A stretch of 64,000 nucleotides of DNA from the NCBI GenBank assembly GCA_044373385.1, contig JBILQF010000003.1, forward strand, positions 29,409-93,408, given 5' to 3'. The translations under genes and the position numbers were made by a program. Shown piece by piece: positions 1 through 10,094 of this stretch. Source of the DNA: Rhodoluna sp. GTDB lineage: Bacteria > Actinomycetota > Actinomycetes > Actinomycetales > Microbacteriaceae. Numbering within the stretch: the stretch's first letter is position 1; each line of letters opens with the position of its first letter. The notes beneath the pieces were generated by a model. It saw only the letters and a list, made by a program, of their open reading frames with translations. It was not told the origin of the DNA and did no database searches.

Positions 1-897
1 AACAAAGAAGAAGCTAAGCAATGGGCACCAGTAGATCAGTATGTGGGTGGAGTAACTCACGCTATATTGCACCTTCTTTATGCACGCTTCTTCACCAAGG
101 TTCTACAAGACCTTGGTTATGTTGATTTCTCAGAACCATTCACCAAGTTATTGAACCAGGGAATGGTTCTAATGAATGGTTCAGCGATGAGTAAGTCAAG
201 AGGAAACCTAGTAAAGCTAGGCGATCAGTTAGATGAGCATGGAGCAGATGCTATCCGTTTGACTATGGCTTTTGCTGGTCCTCCTGAAGATGACATTGAC
301 TGGGCTGATGTTTCACCATCAGGGTCTGGAAAGTTCCTTGCTCGTTGTTGGAGATTAGCTAATGACGTTACTGCTCCTGTTGGAGTTGACTACTCAAAGG
401 GCAATGCAGAACTTAGAAAAGCAACTCACTCATTCTTGAGAGATTTCAGTGTGAACATTGAGAACTTCAAGTTCAATGTTGGTGTTGCAAAGCTTATGGA
501 ACTAGTCAACGCTGTTCGTAAGGCTATTGATGGTGCTCCAGGACCAGCTGATGCTGCTGTTAGAGAGGCTACAGAGATTGTTGCAAAGGCATTGTCTTTG
601 TTCGCTCCATTCATGGCAGAAGAGATGTGGGAGATTCTTGGTCACAAGCCAGGTGTTGCTCTAGCTCTTCTTCCTGATGCCGATGTTTCTCTCCTGGTTG
701 AGAGCACAACAACAGCCATCCTTCAGGTCAATGGAAAGCTTAGAGACACTTGTGAAGTTTCAGTAGATGCAACCGAAGCAGATCTTCAATCAGCTGCTGA
801 CGCATCAGCTGTTGTTCAGAAAGCTATTGAAGGTAAAGAGATAGTCAAGGTAATCATCAGAGCACCGAAACTTATCAACATCGTAACTAAGGGCTAG
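1..897 (+). CDS. leuS: Leucyl-tRNA synthetase, C-terminal part (5' end lies outside window)
   Basis: Frame 1 is open from base 1 (..[24 protein letters not shown]). Class I KMSKS loop present as AMSKSRGN. C-terminal anticodon-binding region follows. Confidence 0.9.
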   Translation, partial: NKEEAKQWAPVDQYVGGVTHAILHLLYARFFTKVLQDLGYVDFSEPFTKLLNQGMVLMNGSAMSKSRGNLVKLGDQLDEHGADAIRLTMAFAGPPEDDIDWADVSPSGSGKFLARCWRLANDVTAPVGVDYSKGNAELRKATHSFLRDFSVNIENFKFNVGVAKLMELVNAVRKAIDGAPGPADAAVREATEIVAKALSLFAPFMAEEMWEILGHKPGVALALLPDADVSLLVESTTTAILQVNGKLRDTCEVSVDATEADLQSAADASAVVQKAIEGKEIVKVIIRAPKLINIVTKG

Positions 898-957
898 TTC
901 TTCACAACTAGCCAGCAACCTGCACTCTAGCTAAGGTAGCTGACTTAGTTTTCTTCC

Positions 958-1551
958 ATGGTTCTATGGATAAAAGAAGTTCTAGCTGAGTTCAGCCCGC
1001 GAGCACTCAAGGTAACAATTACTTTGCTCGCTGTTGTTTCCTTTGGTGTTTATGTCTTTAGTTCAGGTTCAGGTCAAGACAACACGATAACACTTGAGAA
1101 GTCTCCTGATTCAGTCGAAGCCAGTACCGATGTTCAAGCACCGAAGATTTATGTTCATGTTGCTGGATCTGTAAAGTCACCAGGTATTTATCAACTTGAT
1201 TCAGGTACACGTGTCTACGATGCGGTTCTAGCAGCTGGTGGTTTCGCATCGAAAGCGAATCAGTCGAGTGTGAACATGGCACGAGCACTGACAGATGGCG
1301 AACAGTTAGTCGTCTCTTCTCAGTCGGGAGGATCTACATTCGAAGTTTCTCCAAGCTCATCATTGATTTCTCTGAATCAAGCATCATCCTCACAATTAGA
1401 GGAGCTACCTGGAGTGGGGCCAGCACTTGCAGGTCGAATGATTGATTGGCGAACAGCGAATGGTGGATTCAAAACCAAAGAAGATTTGCTGAATGTTGCT
1501 GGCATAGGCGATAAGTTGTTTGCCTCATTCAAAGACTTAGTAACCCTTTGA
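958..1551 (+). CDS. comEA: ComEA-type DNA-binding protein (N-terminal TM, SLBB, C-terminal helix-hairpin-helix)
   Basis: IYVHVAGSVKSPGIYQL..RVYDAVLAAGG (SLBB) and LEELPGVGPALAGRMIDWR..GGFKTKEDLLNVAGIG (HhH). Overlaps the comEC start. Confidence 0.85.
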   Translation: MVLWIKEVLAEFSPRALKVTITLLAVVSFGVYVFSSGSGQDNTITLEKSPDSVEASTDVQAPKIYVHVAGSVKSPGIYQLDSGTRVYDAVLAAGGFASKANQSSVNMARALTDGEQLVVSSQSGGSTFEVSPSSSLISLNQASSSQLEELPGVGPALAGRMIDWRTANGGFKTKEDLLNVAGIGDKLFASFKDLVTL

Positions 1552-3695
1552 TACTTCGGTTTGCAGCAATTTCTGCTTGGCTGCTTGCGGCAGTATTTGT
1601 GAATTTGATTGAGCCGAATATCCAACCTGCGTCCTTTCAGGCTCTTTTAGAGAAGAGGCAGACAGTTACCGTTCAAGCAAGGGTTCTTTCCTCACCAAAG
1701 GAGGAGAAAGGCTTCGCGGGTCAGCAGAAGTACTTTCTGAAGATTCAAGTGAATTCGGCTGGTCCATTGGAGTCTCGAACAGGTTCACTATCGGGAGACT
1801 CCGTCGTTAGTGACTTGACTGCTGGATCCTCAATAAGAGCAGTAGTCTCTGTGCGTCCTGCGTTTAGAAGTGATGAGAGTTTCTCCAGCTCTCTCAAGAC
1901 ATTGCTTGATAGTTCGTCGGCTAGTCAATTAGATCCGCTTGGAGTAATAAGAGCGTCCTTCTTAGCGAACCTGTCTGGAGTGACTTTTGATTCTTCAGCG
2001 TTGGTTGCAGGTCTAGCAATTGGCGATGATTCCAAATTGTCGGAGGAATCACTAGACAATCTCAAGGTAGTTTCGCTGACACATCTATCTGCAGTGAGCG
2101 GAACTAACTGTGCGATTGTGCTTGCTGGTGCAGCATTGCTTCTAAACCTCTTGCCGATAAGAAGATCAATCCGACTCTCGCTTAGCTTCGGGGTTATCTT
2201 TGCCTACCTTGGTCTCGTTGGTCCCGAGCCAAGCGTTCTACGAGCAAGTGTGATGGTTGCAACTGTTCTGATTGGTTTTCTCTTAGGCAGAAGAGTTCCA
2301 CCTCTTGAAGCACTCTCACTGGCAGTTCTTCTTCTTCTTGTCCATCAGCCATCTTTATCAATGGACTTTGGCTTCGCCTTGTCAGCTCTTGCAACTTGGG
2401 GTCTTCTGGTTCTCGCTCCTAAGTTGGTTGAAGTGCTGCAGAGAAAAATGCCACTCTGGTTGGCGGTTGTGGTGTCCGTATCACTCTCTGCTCAGATTGC
2501 TTGCTTGCCTGTTCTTTTGTTACTCCAGCCTTCAATTCCTCTTTATTCAATTGCTGCGAACGTGCTTGCTGAACCATTGGTTGCTCCGATTACGATTATT
2601 GGTCTCGTAGCCTGTCTCATTTCACCACTCTTTCCAATAGTCTCGTCTTCGCTTTGTCTAGTTGCTTCTTACCCAGCTGCAGTGATTCTGGTTATTGCTG
2701 AAAGATTTGCTAGTGCTCCATCAGCAAGTATCAGTTGGATAGACGGAACTCTGGGGATTGGCGTAGCGATTGCACTGGTTGTTTTGATTTGGCTTTACTT
2801 GAGTTCAAGCAAGCTAGGTATCAAGCGAACGGCAGGAGCACTGGTTGCTCTCATCCTGCTTTCATTCTTCGCACACAGCTCAACACTTGCTGTTAGGGGG
2901 AGTTCCTTCTATCACGGCGACTACTCGATAGTGAATTGTGATGTTGGTCAGGGAGACGCCTTAGTCATTCGTTCTGGAGGGAAAGTTGCGTTGATTGATG
3001 TTGGGCGTGAAAATCCCGCGATTGATGTGTGCCTGACTGGGCTAGGTATTTCAAAGATAGATCTCTTGGTACTCACTCACTATGACTTGGACCACGTTGG
3101 AGGAGTCCTAGGTGCAGTGACGGGCAGGGAAGTTGTAACCGCTCTTGTGACACCATTCAATGATGAACGGCCAGGAGCCAACATCGCTCAGGAGATTCTG
3201 GAAGCGAAGGGAGTTCCGATGATTCCGGTTGAGAAGGGTATGCGAGGAGAACTCGGTGATTACAAGTGGTTGGTACTCGCTCCGAGTCGTGGTGCTACTG
3301 ATGCCGATGACAGTAACGATGCCAGCACCTCTATGTACTGGGAGAGTGACAATGTCTCTTTGTTTACTCTCGCTGACTCAGGGGAGAGAGCTCAACTAAG
3401 GATGGGCTCGCACTATAGAGCACTATTAGAATCGGGATTCGGTTCAAGAATGGTTGTTGTCAAGGTTGCTCACCATGGCTCCGCCGATCAAGCCCCTGAA
3501 CTTTATGAAGCCTTGGATGCAGACATTGCGTTGATTTCGGTTGGGCGGGATAACTCCTATGGTCATCCAACTAAACGAACTTTGGACACGTTGGCCCTTA
3601 GCGGGACTAAGGTCCTGAGAACGGACGAAATGGGGGCTATTGGCATCACTGAAACTGATTCGGGGCTTGAAGTGTCTATCGCTGGCAGAAGTTAG
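1548..3695 (+). CDS. comEC: ComEC/Rec2 DNA internalization channel with C-terminal metallo-beta-lactamase domain
   Basis: Multi-TM competence domain, then VNCDVGQGDALVI...LTHYDLDHVGG...HHGS MBL motifs. Conserved comEA-comEC-holA order. Confidence 0.85.
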   Translation: MILRFAAISAWLLAAVFVNLIEPNIQPASFQALLEKRQTVTVQARVLSSPKEEKGFAGQQKYFLKIQVNSAGPLESRTGSLSGDSVVSDLTAGSSIRAVVSVRPAFRSDESFSSSLKTLLDSSSASQLDPLGVIRASFLANLSGVTFDSSALVAGLAIGDDSKLSEESLDNLKVVSLTHLSAVSGTNCAIVLAGAALLLNLLPIRRSIRLSLSFGVIFAYLGLVGPEPSVLRASVMVATVLIGFLLGRRVPPLEALSLAVLLLLVHQPSLSMDFGFALSALATWGLLVLAPKLVEVLQRKMPLWLAVVVSVSLSAQIACLPVLLLLQPSIPLYSIAANVLAEPLVAPITIIGLVACLISPLFPIVSSSLCLVASYPAAVILVIAERFASAPSASISWIDGTLGIGVAIALVVLIWLYLSSSKLGIKRTAGALVALILLSFFAHSSTLAVRGSSFYHGDYSIVNCDVGQGDALVIRSGGKVALIDVGRENPAIDVCLTGLGISKIDLLVLTHYDLDHVGGVLGAVTGREVVTALVTPFNDERPGANIAQEILEAKGVPMIPVEKGMRGELGDYKWLVLAPSRGATDADDSNDASTSMYWESDNVSLFTLADSGERAQLRMGSHYRALLESGFGSRMVVVKVAHHGSADQAPELYEALDADIALISVGRDNSYGHPTKRTLDTLALSGTKVLRTDEMGAIGITETDSGLEVSIAGRS

Positions 3696-3704
3696 GCTTT
3701 ACTG

Positions 3705-4685
3705 GTGAGTCCCGCAAAAGTAGTCCCATGGAGAGCTGTTAAATCGGCTCCGGTGATACTCGTATCTGGAGCTCAGGACTTCTTTGCTGATAGGGCAATC
3801 AAATCTGTGCGAGCAGAACTTAGACAATCGAATCAAGACCTAGAGGTAGTTGAACTAAATGGTGCTGACTATGTTGGTGGGCAGTTGTTTGATGTTGCAA
3901 GTGCAGGTCTGTTTGGTGAATCAAAACTTGTTGTCATCGATGGTGTCGAACGTTGCACAGACGCATTGATCACTGATGGCATCGAATACATGAACCAGCC
4001 TTCTCAGGACGCGGTGGTCATCTTTAGACATAACGGCAAGTCTGTTCGCGGTAAGAAACTACTGGAGACCCTTCGTGCAAATGATGCTTTCCTTGAAGCG
4101 ACTTGTTTAGATGTCTCTAAGGAGGCAGAGAGAGTTTCTTTTGTTGAGAATGAGTTCATCGCAAAGGGAAGAAAGATACAAAAGGCTGCAGCCCAAGCAT
4201 TGGTAGATATCTTCAATAAAGATTTTGAAGAGTTGGCAGCAGCAGCATCTCAACTTCAGCTAGATGATGCAGGGGACATCACACCTGAAATTGTTGAGCG
4301 GTACTTTGGCGGGCGTTTGGAAACCACTGTGTTCAAAGTTGCTGATGCCGCGTTCGATGGACAAATTGGGGTAGCTCTTTTACTTCTGAGACACGCATTA
4401 GATCAAGGACTAGAACCAGTAGTTCTTGTAGGAGCATTCGCAAAGAAGATAGGGCAGCTGGCTAAGGTTTTTGGTAACCCAAATGCTAATGCTGCTTTAC
4501 TTGGTGTTCAGGATTGGGTCTTTCCAGTTATTCGATCACAAAGTTCAACCTGGACCGAAGCCGGTATAGCTCGAGTTATTCACGCAATTGCTGAGACAGA
4601 TTTCGCGGTTAAGGGTGGCGAGAAGGATTCTTATTACGCATTAGAGAGACTTATTAGCCTCGTAGCTAATAAGGGAAGAAGTTAA
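3705..4685 (+). CDS. holA: DNA polymerase III delta subunit
   Basis: 326 aa. Position after comEC is typical of actinobacteria. The N-terminal PVILVSG..DFFADRA pattern resembles delta subunits. Confidence 0.7.
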   Translation: MSPAKVVPWRAVKSAPVILVSGAQDFFADRAIKSVRAELRQSNQDLEVVELNGADYVGGQLFDVASAGLFGESKLVVIDGVERCTDALITDGIEYMNQPSQDAVVIFRHNGKSVRGKKLLETLRANDAFLEATCLDVSKEAERVSFVENEFIAKGRKIQKAAAQALVDIFNKDFEELAAAASQLQLDDAGDITPEIVERYFGGRLETTVFKVADAAFDGQIGVALLLLRHALDQGLEPVVLVGAFAKKIGQLAKVFGNPNANAALLGVQDWVFPVIRSQSSTWTEAGIARVIHAIAETDFAVKGGEKDSYYALERLISLVANKGRS

Positions 4686-5863
4686 TGAAGGCTGCTAAGT
4701 ATTCCATCTGGGCATTGCTATCGCTTGTCTTCATTTCTTTAGCAATTAGGCCACCTGTGGCATCTATCGGTCCACTTGTTGATGAACTGGTGCGAACAGA
4801 GTTGCTCTCACTTTTTCAAGTGAGCTTGATGACTTCACTTCCTATTGTTTGTTTTGGTATCGGAGCTTTCGCGAGCCCTTATTTAGTCAAGAGATTCACA
4901 CTCAACAAAGCAGTGATGTTTGTTCTGATTCTTTTGACAGTGGCTATGGCAACTCGTCTATTTGGGGGATTCCCAGCCATCATTACAAGCACGGTACTTA
5001 TAGGTCTAGCCATCGCTATCGCAAACGTTCTTATTCCAACAATTGTTAGAGAGCAGTTCCCTCATCGCATTGAGTTGATTACTGGTGTTTATGTGACACT
5101 GCTTGCAATCTCTGCAAGCTTTGCTGCTGCAATCGCTGTCCCATCTTCTGACCTGCTCGGTGGTTGGCGTGGAGCACTTGCAGTCTGGATTATTCCTGGA
5201 GTGTTGGCGATTATCTTCTGGGTTCCATTATTTAGATCAAACGCGGTTGGCAAGATAACTTCTGTTGCAACTCACGCTGAAGAGAAGAGAGCCGTAGCAA
5301 GATCGTCTCTTACCTGGGGAATCGTTTTCTTCTTTGGATTACAGTCAGGTGGTTTCTATTCAATTTTGAACTGGTTCCCGTCTCTACTAATTGACAGAGG
5401 CATGTCAGATGTTGATGCAGGAGCTTTGCTAGGACTTACAACTGCTGTTGGTATTCCTTCTGGTTTCTTGGCCTCATTGCTTTTTAGAAAGTTCAAGTCG
5501 CTTTCTGTAATCGCCATGATCATGACTGCATTCACCCTGACAGGTCTTCTAATGATTTGGCTGAATCCAGATCTGTTGGTGCTTGCCTGCATCATTACTG
5601 GTTTTGGTTTCGCTGCTACATTCCCTTTGTCTTTGACGCTAATTGGTTCAAGGGCGAGCACCAGCACCCAGACAACTCAGTTATCTGCTCTTGCTCAAGG
5701 TTGGGGATATCTGATCTCTGCTGCAGCAACATTTGGATTCGGTTTGCTTAGAGATGTGACTGGCGATTGGAACTCAAGTTTGATTCTTGTTTCAGCACTT
5801 ACCTTCCTGCAGCTATTCGCTGGGGCAGTGGCTGGAAGAAATAAGCGGATACCTGCCGCTTAA
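4685..5863 (+). CDS. MFS transporter, CynX/cyanate-permease-like family
   Basis: About 12 predicted TM segments. N-terminal LAIRPPVASIGPLVDEL resembles the CynX family signature. Start overlaps the holA stop (TAATG). Confidence 0.6.
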   Translation: MKAAKYSIWALLSLVFISLAIRPPVASIGPLVDELVRTELLSLFQVSLMTSLPIVCFGIGAFASPYLVKRFTLNKAVMFVLILLTVAMATRLFGGFPAIITSTVLIGLAIAIANVLIPTIVREQFPHRIELITGVYVTLLAISASFAAAIAVPSSDLLGGWRGALAVWIIPGVLAIIFWVPLFRSNAVGKITSVATHAEEKRAVARSSLTWGIVFFFGLQSGGFYSILNWFPSLLIDRGMSDVDAGALLGLTTAVGIPSGFLASLLFRKFKSLSVIAMIMTAFTLTGLLMIWLNPDLLVLACIITGFGFAATFPLSLTLIGSRASTSTQTTQLSALAQGWGYLISAAATFGFGLLRDVTGDWNSSLILVSALTFLQLFAGAVAGRNKRIPAA

Positions 5864-5870
5864 AGTAAAA

Positions 5871-5888
5871 GACCCGCCGTAGCGGGTC
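5871..5888. terminator. Bidirectional stem-loop between the MFS gene and rpsT
   Basis: gacccgc-cgta-gcgggtc: perfect 7 bp GC-rich stem, flanked by aaaa on one side and cttt on the other. Lies between convergent genes. Confidence 0.7.
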
Positions 5889-5903
5889 CTTTAGAAGTTT
5901 GGT

Positions 5904-6164
5904 TTATAGAGCTGAAACCTTCTTGGCAATAGCTGACTTCTTGTTCGCTGCTGCGTTCTTGTGGAATACACCCTTTGATACTGCTTTGTCCAGCTTCTTG
6001 GTAGCAACCTTTAGAGCTTCTGCTGCAAGAGCCTTGTCTCCAGCTGCTGCTGCTTCGCGAACTGCACGGATAGCGGTTCTAACTTCGCTACGAACAGCCT
6101 TGTTGCGCTCTTGAGCCTTAAGGTTGGTGCCGATACGTTTGATCTGCGACTTGATATTTGCCAT
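5904..6164 (-). CDS. rpsT: 30S ribosomal protein S20
   Basis: [30 protein letters not shown]..., typical S20 N-terminus, 86 aa. Confidence 0.95.
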   Translation of the reverse strand: MANIKSQIKRIGTNLKAQERNKAVRSEVRTAIRAVREAAAAGDKALAAEALKVATKKLDKAVSKGVFHKNAAANKKSAIAKKVSAL

Positions 6165-6406
6165 GTTTCACTTTCTTAGGGGCTTTGTCCCGCTCACGCG
6201 GAACATCTTCAAAAAACTTGAGGTTTGTGGATTTGGAGGAACTCGTCATTCAAATCTCTAAAAGACTACCAGCGTTATGGGCAATACGGCAACCTATTCT
6301 GCCCACCAGTATCTCTAAAGAGCCCTAGATTCCTAGGGTTTATGGGAGAATAAGGGGACGGCAATCGCCGTCAGTTTGCACTTTTAGCTAATTCAAGAGG
6401 TCTCCT

Positions 6407-8266
6407 TTGTCACCACGTGCCACCACTTCACTAGTGCCGGGTAAGACCAACCCTGAATTTATCCGCAATTTCTGCATTATTGCCCACATTGACCACGGTA
6501 AATCAACCCTTGCTGACCGCATGCTTCAGCTAACCGGTGTTGTTGATGACCGTTCCATGCGTGCTCAATATCTAGACCGAATGGACATCGAGCGTGAGCG
6601 TGGAATCACCATCAAGTCTCAGGCAGTACGAATGCCTTGGGAATTTGAAGGTAAGACCTATGCGATGAACATGATTGATACACCTGGGCACGTTGACTTC
6701 ACATACGAAGTAAGTAGATCCCTTGCTGCTTGTGAAGGTGCAATCCTTCTGGTGGATGCAGCTCAAGGCATTGAGGCTCAGACACTAGCGAACCTTTATC
6801 TAGCTATTGAGAATGATCTTGAGATCATTCCTGTTCTAAACAAGATTGACCTTCCTGCAGCACAACCTGAAAAGTATGCAGAGGAACTTGCCAACCTTAT
6901 TGGTGGAGACCCAGCAGACTGTCTTCGTGTTTCAGGTAAAACAGGTGTTGGTGTAGCCGAACTTCTAGATCGAATTGTTGGAAAGATTCCTGCTCCGGTT
7001 GGTGACCCTAATGCTCCTGCAAGAGCGATGATCTTTGACTCTGTGTATGACTCTTATAGAGGTGTTGTTACTTACGTTCGTATGGTTGATGGAAGTATGA
7101 CTCCTCGTGAACGAATCACCATGATGTCTACTAAAGCTGTTCACGAACTTTTGGAGATCGGTGTTTCTTCTCCTGAGCCAGAACCAACTAAAGGTTTAGG
7201 TGTTGGCGAAGTAGGTTACCTAATCACTGGTGTGAAGGATGTTCGTCAGTCCAAGGTTGGTGACACTGTTACCTCTGCAATGAAGCCAGCGACTGAAGCT
7301 CTTAAGGGTTACTCAGAACCTAACCCGATGGTTTACTCAGGTATCTATCCAATTGATGGATCCGATTATCCAATCCTTCGTGAAGCACTAGATAAGTTGA
7401 AGTTGAGCGATGCTTCTTTGGTTTATGAACCAGAAACATCTGTTGCTCTTGGTTTTGGTTTTAGATGTGGGTTCCTAGGTCTATTGCACCTTGAAATTAT
7501 TACTGAGCGTCTAGAGCGAGAGTTTGGACTTGATTTAATTGCAACAGCCCCATCTGTAGTTTATGAAGTCACACTTGAAGACAAGAGACAGGTAACTGTT
7601 ACTAACCCAAGTGAATACCCAGTCGGAAAGATTTCTAAGGTTCTAGAGCCAATGGTTAGAGCAACTCTGCTTTCTCCTAAGGACTATGTAGGAACCATCA
7701 TGGAGCTATGTCAGTCAAGACGCGGGGTTCTAGTTGACATGCAGTACTTCGGAACTGATCGTGTCCAGCTTCGCTACACAATGCCTCTAGCTGAAATTGT
7801 TTTTGACTTCTTCGACAACCTAAAATCCCGTACTCAAGGATATGGATCTCTTGACTATGAAGAGTCAGGTTTAGCTGAGGGTGACCTAGTTAAGGTAGAC
7901 ATCCTTCTTCAGGGTGAACAGGTTGATGCTTTCAGTGCGATTGTCCACAAAGACAAGGCCTATGCCTACGGTGTGATGATGACCACGAAGCTTCGTGAAC
8001 TTATTCCTAGACAGGCATTCGAAGTTCCTATCCAAGCAGCTATCGGTGCTCGTATCATCGCTCGTGAATCTATTCGTGCTTTTCGTAAGGACGTTTTGGC
8101 CAAGTGTTACGGTGGCGACATCAGCCGTAAGCGCAAGCTTCTAGAGAAGCAAAAAGAAGGTAAGAAGCGCATGAAGATGGTGGGACGAGTAGAAGTTCCT
8201 CAAGAAGCCTTCATTGCTGCTCTATCTTCTTCAAGTGAGAAAAAAGGCGAGAAGAAGGCTAAGTAA
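6407..8266 (+). CDS. lepA: Translation elongation factor 4 (LepA)
   Basis: [21 protein letters not shown]1 motif, [13 protein letters not shown], and the LepA C-terminal domain. Confidence 0.95.
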   Translation: MSPRATTSLVPGKTNPEFIRNFCIIAHIDHGKSTLADRMLQLTGVVDDRSMRAQYLDRMDIERERGITIKSQAVRMPWEFEGKTYAMNMIDTPGHVDFTYEVSRSLAACEGAILLVDAAQGIEAQTLANLYLAIENDLEIIPVLNKIDLPAAQPEKYAEELANLIGGDPADCLRVSGKTGVGVAELLDRIVGKIPAPVGDPNAPARAMIFDSVYDSYRGVVTYVRMVDGSMTPRERITMMSTKAVHELLEIGVSSPEPEPTKGLGVGEVGYLITGVKDVRQSKVGDTVTSAMKPATEALKGYSEPNPMVYSGIYPIDGSDYPILREALDKLKLSDASLVYEPETSVALGFGFRCGFLGLLHLEIITERLEREFGLDLIATAPSVVYEVTLEDKRQVTVTNPSEYPVGKISKVLEPMVRATLLSPKDYVGTIMELCQSRRGVLVDMQYFGTDRVQLRYTMPLAEIVFDFFDNLKSRTQGYGSLDYEESGLAEGDLVKVDILLQGEQVDAFSAIVHKDKAYAYGVMMTTKLRELIPRQAFEVPIQAAIGARIIARESIRAFRKDVLAKCYGGDISRKRKLLEKQKEGKKRMKMVGRVEVPQEAFIAALSSSSEKKGEKKAK

Positions 8267-9495
8267 TGCCTCAATTTCCTAAAGGGGAAACTGCTCCAAT
8301 TGATGGATCAATTCCTGAATCGGCTTTAGTTGATGCCGAGAGCAGAACATTTCACGCCTATGTCCACGTTCCTTATTGCGAAGTGAAGTGTGGCTACTGT
8401 GACTTTAATACCTACACAGCCGATGAGATTGGCACATCAACTCAAGGAACATTCGCAAAGACACTAATTAGCGAGATCGAGTTTGCTGAAAAGGTTCTAG
8501 AGAAGTCAAAGCTACCTAAGCGACCAATGACTTCAGTGTTTTTCGGTGGAGGAACACCAACGCTACTTCCAGTTGCAGATCTCATTGACATGCTCAACAA
8601 ACTGAAAGATACCTTTGGTGTTGCAGAAGATGCGGACATTACAACAGAAGCCAATCCTGATTCAGTTGATGAGCAATACATCAAGGATCTGAAAGCTGGG
8701 GGATTCAACCGTATTTCTTTCGGTATGCAGTCAGCTGTTCCTCATGTTCTAAAAGTTCTTGAGAGAACTCATAATCCTGAGAATGTAGTCAAGGTAGTCA
8801 ACTTAGCTAAAACTGCTGGCTTGTTTACAAGTGTTGACCTTATCTATGGTTCCCCTGGAGAGTCACTTGAAGATTGGAAGCAGACTCTAGAGGCTGCTAT
8901 TGCTTTAGACACAGATCACATCAGCGCTTATTCACTAATCGTTGAACCAGGTACCAAGCTTGCTAGACAGGTAAAGAGCGGTGAACTGGTTCCTGCAACT
9001 GATGATATCCAGGCAGACATGTATGAACTAAGTGAGAAGCTGCTCTCTGCTGCTGGTTTTGTGAACTATGAAGTTAGCAACTGGACTAAATCAGTCGAGC
9101 AACGTTCAGGCCACAACATGGCTTATTGGAAATCTATGGACTGGTGGGGTTTTGGTCCTGGTGCTCATTCACATGTTGGGGGAGTTAGATGGTGGAATGT
9201 GAAGAATCCTGCAGCTTATGCAGATCGTATGAAGGCAGGACTATCACCAGCTCTTGAGCGAGAGATTATTGATCAAGAGAACAGAGACATTGAAAAGGTG
9301 ATGCTTGAAACACGCATCAGTGATGGCATCTCTCTTGAATGGATGAAGTCAAAGGGCTTTGCCGAACCTAAGGTTGTTGCTTCGCTGATTGCTGAAGAAC
9401 TAGTTGAAGCAAAGGCAGCTATGTCAGGGAGCATCATCTTGAGCTCAAAGGGAAGACTTCTAGCTGATTTTGTAGTGCTAAAACTTCTTGGCTAG
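8266..9495 (+). CDS. hemW: Radical SAM heme chaperone HemW (oxygen-independent coproporphyrinogen oxidase-like)
   Basis: YVHVPYCEVKCGYCDFNTY CxxxCxxC radical-SAM cluster motif. lepA-hemW synteny. Confidence 0.85.
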   Translation: MPQFPKGETAPIDGSIPESALVDAESRTFHAYVHVPYCEVKCGYCDFNTYTADEIGTSTQGTFAKTLISEIEFAEKVLEKSKLPKRPMTSVFFGGGTPTLLPVADLIDMLNKLKDTFGVAEDADITTEANPDSVDEQYIKDLKAGGFNRISFGMQSAVPHVLKVLERTHNPENVVKVVNLAKTAGLFTSVDLIYGSPGESLEDWKQTLEAAIALDTDHISAYSLIVEPGTKLARQVKSGELVPATDDIQADMYELSEKLLSAAGFVNYEVSNWTKSVEQRSGHNMAYWKSMDWWGFGPGAHSHVGGVRWWNVKNPAAYADRMKAGLSPALEREIIDQENRDIEKVMLETRISDGISLEWMKSKGFAEPKVVASLIAEELVEAKAAMSGSIILSSKGRLLADFVVLKLLG

Positions 9496-9527
9496 AAGAT
9501 AATTTAAGAGAACAAAAGGAGCAACAA

Positions 9528-10028
9528 ATGGGTTACTGCGTTTCATGTGCAAAAGATGTCAAGGCAGCTAAATTTTGTCCGACCTGTGGTCGTCAACTAT
9601 TGACAACGGCTGAATTGAAAGCAGAAGCAACTGCTGATGAGCAGTCATCACCTGCAGTTCAGAGCAAGAGCAATCTGGCTCTCTGGGTCCACCTTGCACC
9701 GCTAATAGCAGGTTTTGTAGCAATCTGGCTAATCGTTGCTGCATTCCTACTTTGGCTTCCTGGGTTACTCATTCGTAATTCAGCTACGGCAACTGACTTC
9801 GAAAAACGTCACGCAACAGAATCAATGAACTTCCAGTTGACAATGTTGATTTTTATCACTGCAGGTTTTGTGTTCAGTTTGGTCACGTTGGGCTTAGGGC
9901 TGCTAATAGTCGTTCCCGCTGCAATTGCCTTGGGTGTCGCAGCTCTGATTTTCATGATTATGGGTGCGGTAGCTGCTAATGATGGCAGAGAGTTCAGATA
10001 CCCACTATCTATCCGCTTCGTCAAGTAA
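9528..10028 (+). CDS. Zinc-ribbon / DUF4870-like small membrane protein
   Basis: N-terminal CVSC..(12)..CPTC zinc ribbon followed by about 3-4 hydrophobic helices. Confidence 0.5.
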   Translation: MGYCVSCAKDVKAAKFCPTCGRQLLTTAELKAEATADEQSSPAVQSKSNLALWVHLAPLIAGFVAIWLIVAAFLLWLPGLLIRNSATATDFEKRHATESMNFQLTMLIFITAGFVFSLVTLGLGLLIVVPAAIALGVAALIFMIMGAVAANDGREFRYPLSIRFVK

Positions 10029-10030
10029 TA

Positions 10031-10057
10031 TTGGCACTCTAGGAGTTAGAGTGCCAG
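10031..10057 (+). promoter_or_regulatory. CIRCE operator (HrcA binding site) upstream of hrcA-dnaJ
   Basis: ttggcactc-N9-gagtgccag, a 9 bp inverted repeat with a 9 nt spacer. Matches consensus TTAGCACTC-N9-GAGTGCTAA at 14/18 positions. Lies 38 nt before the hrcA start. Confidence 0.85.
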
Positions 10058-10094
10058 TTATCTCAATTCCTGCAGATTATATGAAGGAGTTGAG

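Noticed and set aside
958-3695. comEA-comEC as evidence for a natural competence system.
   Set aside because: These two genes are near-universal in actinobacteria at this exact locus, without demonstrated competence. No pilus or Com regulatory genes are present in the window.
5899-6114. Many 60-130 aa ORFs antisense to, or in alternate frames of, clear genes. Examples: 5899-6114 opposite rpsT, 2305-2610 inside comEC, 51086-51436 and 50687-51067 opposite lnt, 14805-15215 opposite corC, 45355-45639 opposite ctaE.
   Set aside because: Each lies fully inside a gene with strong family motifs on the other strand or frame. They have biased low-complexity composition (Ser/Ala/Leu rich), as expected from antisense reading, and no RBS or independent spacing.
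6165-6406. 242 nt divergent rpsT/lepA spacer with small hairpins (ccctag-attc-ctaggg at 6323-6338, gacggc-aatc-gccgtc at 6357-6372, and a 7 bp stem in the rpsT 5' UTR). Considered as a possible ncRNA or riboswitch.
   Set aside because: The stems are short, and I recognise no known riboswitch core. The region is adequately explained by two divergent promoters and 5' UTRs. It would need covariation analysis to revive.
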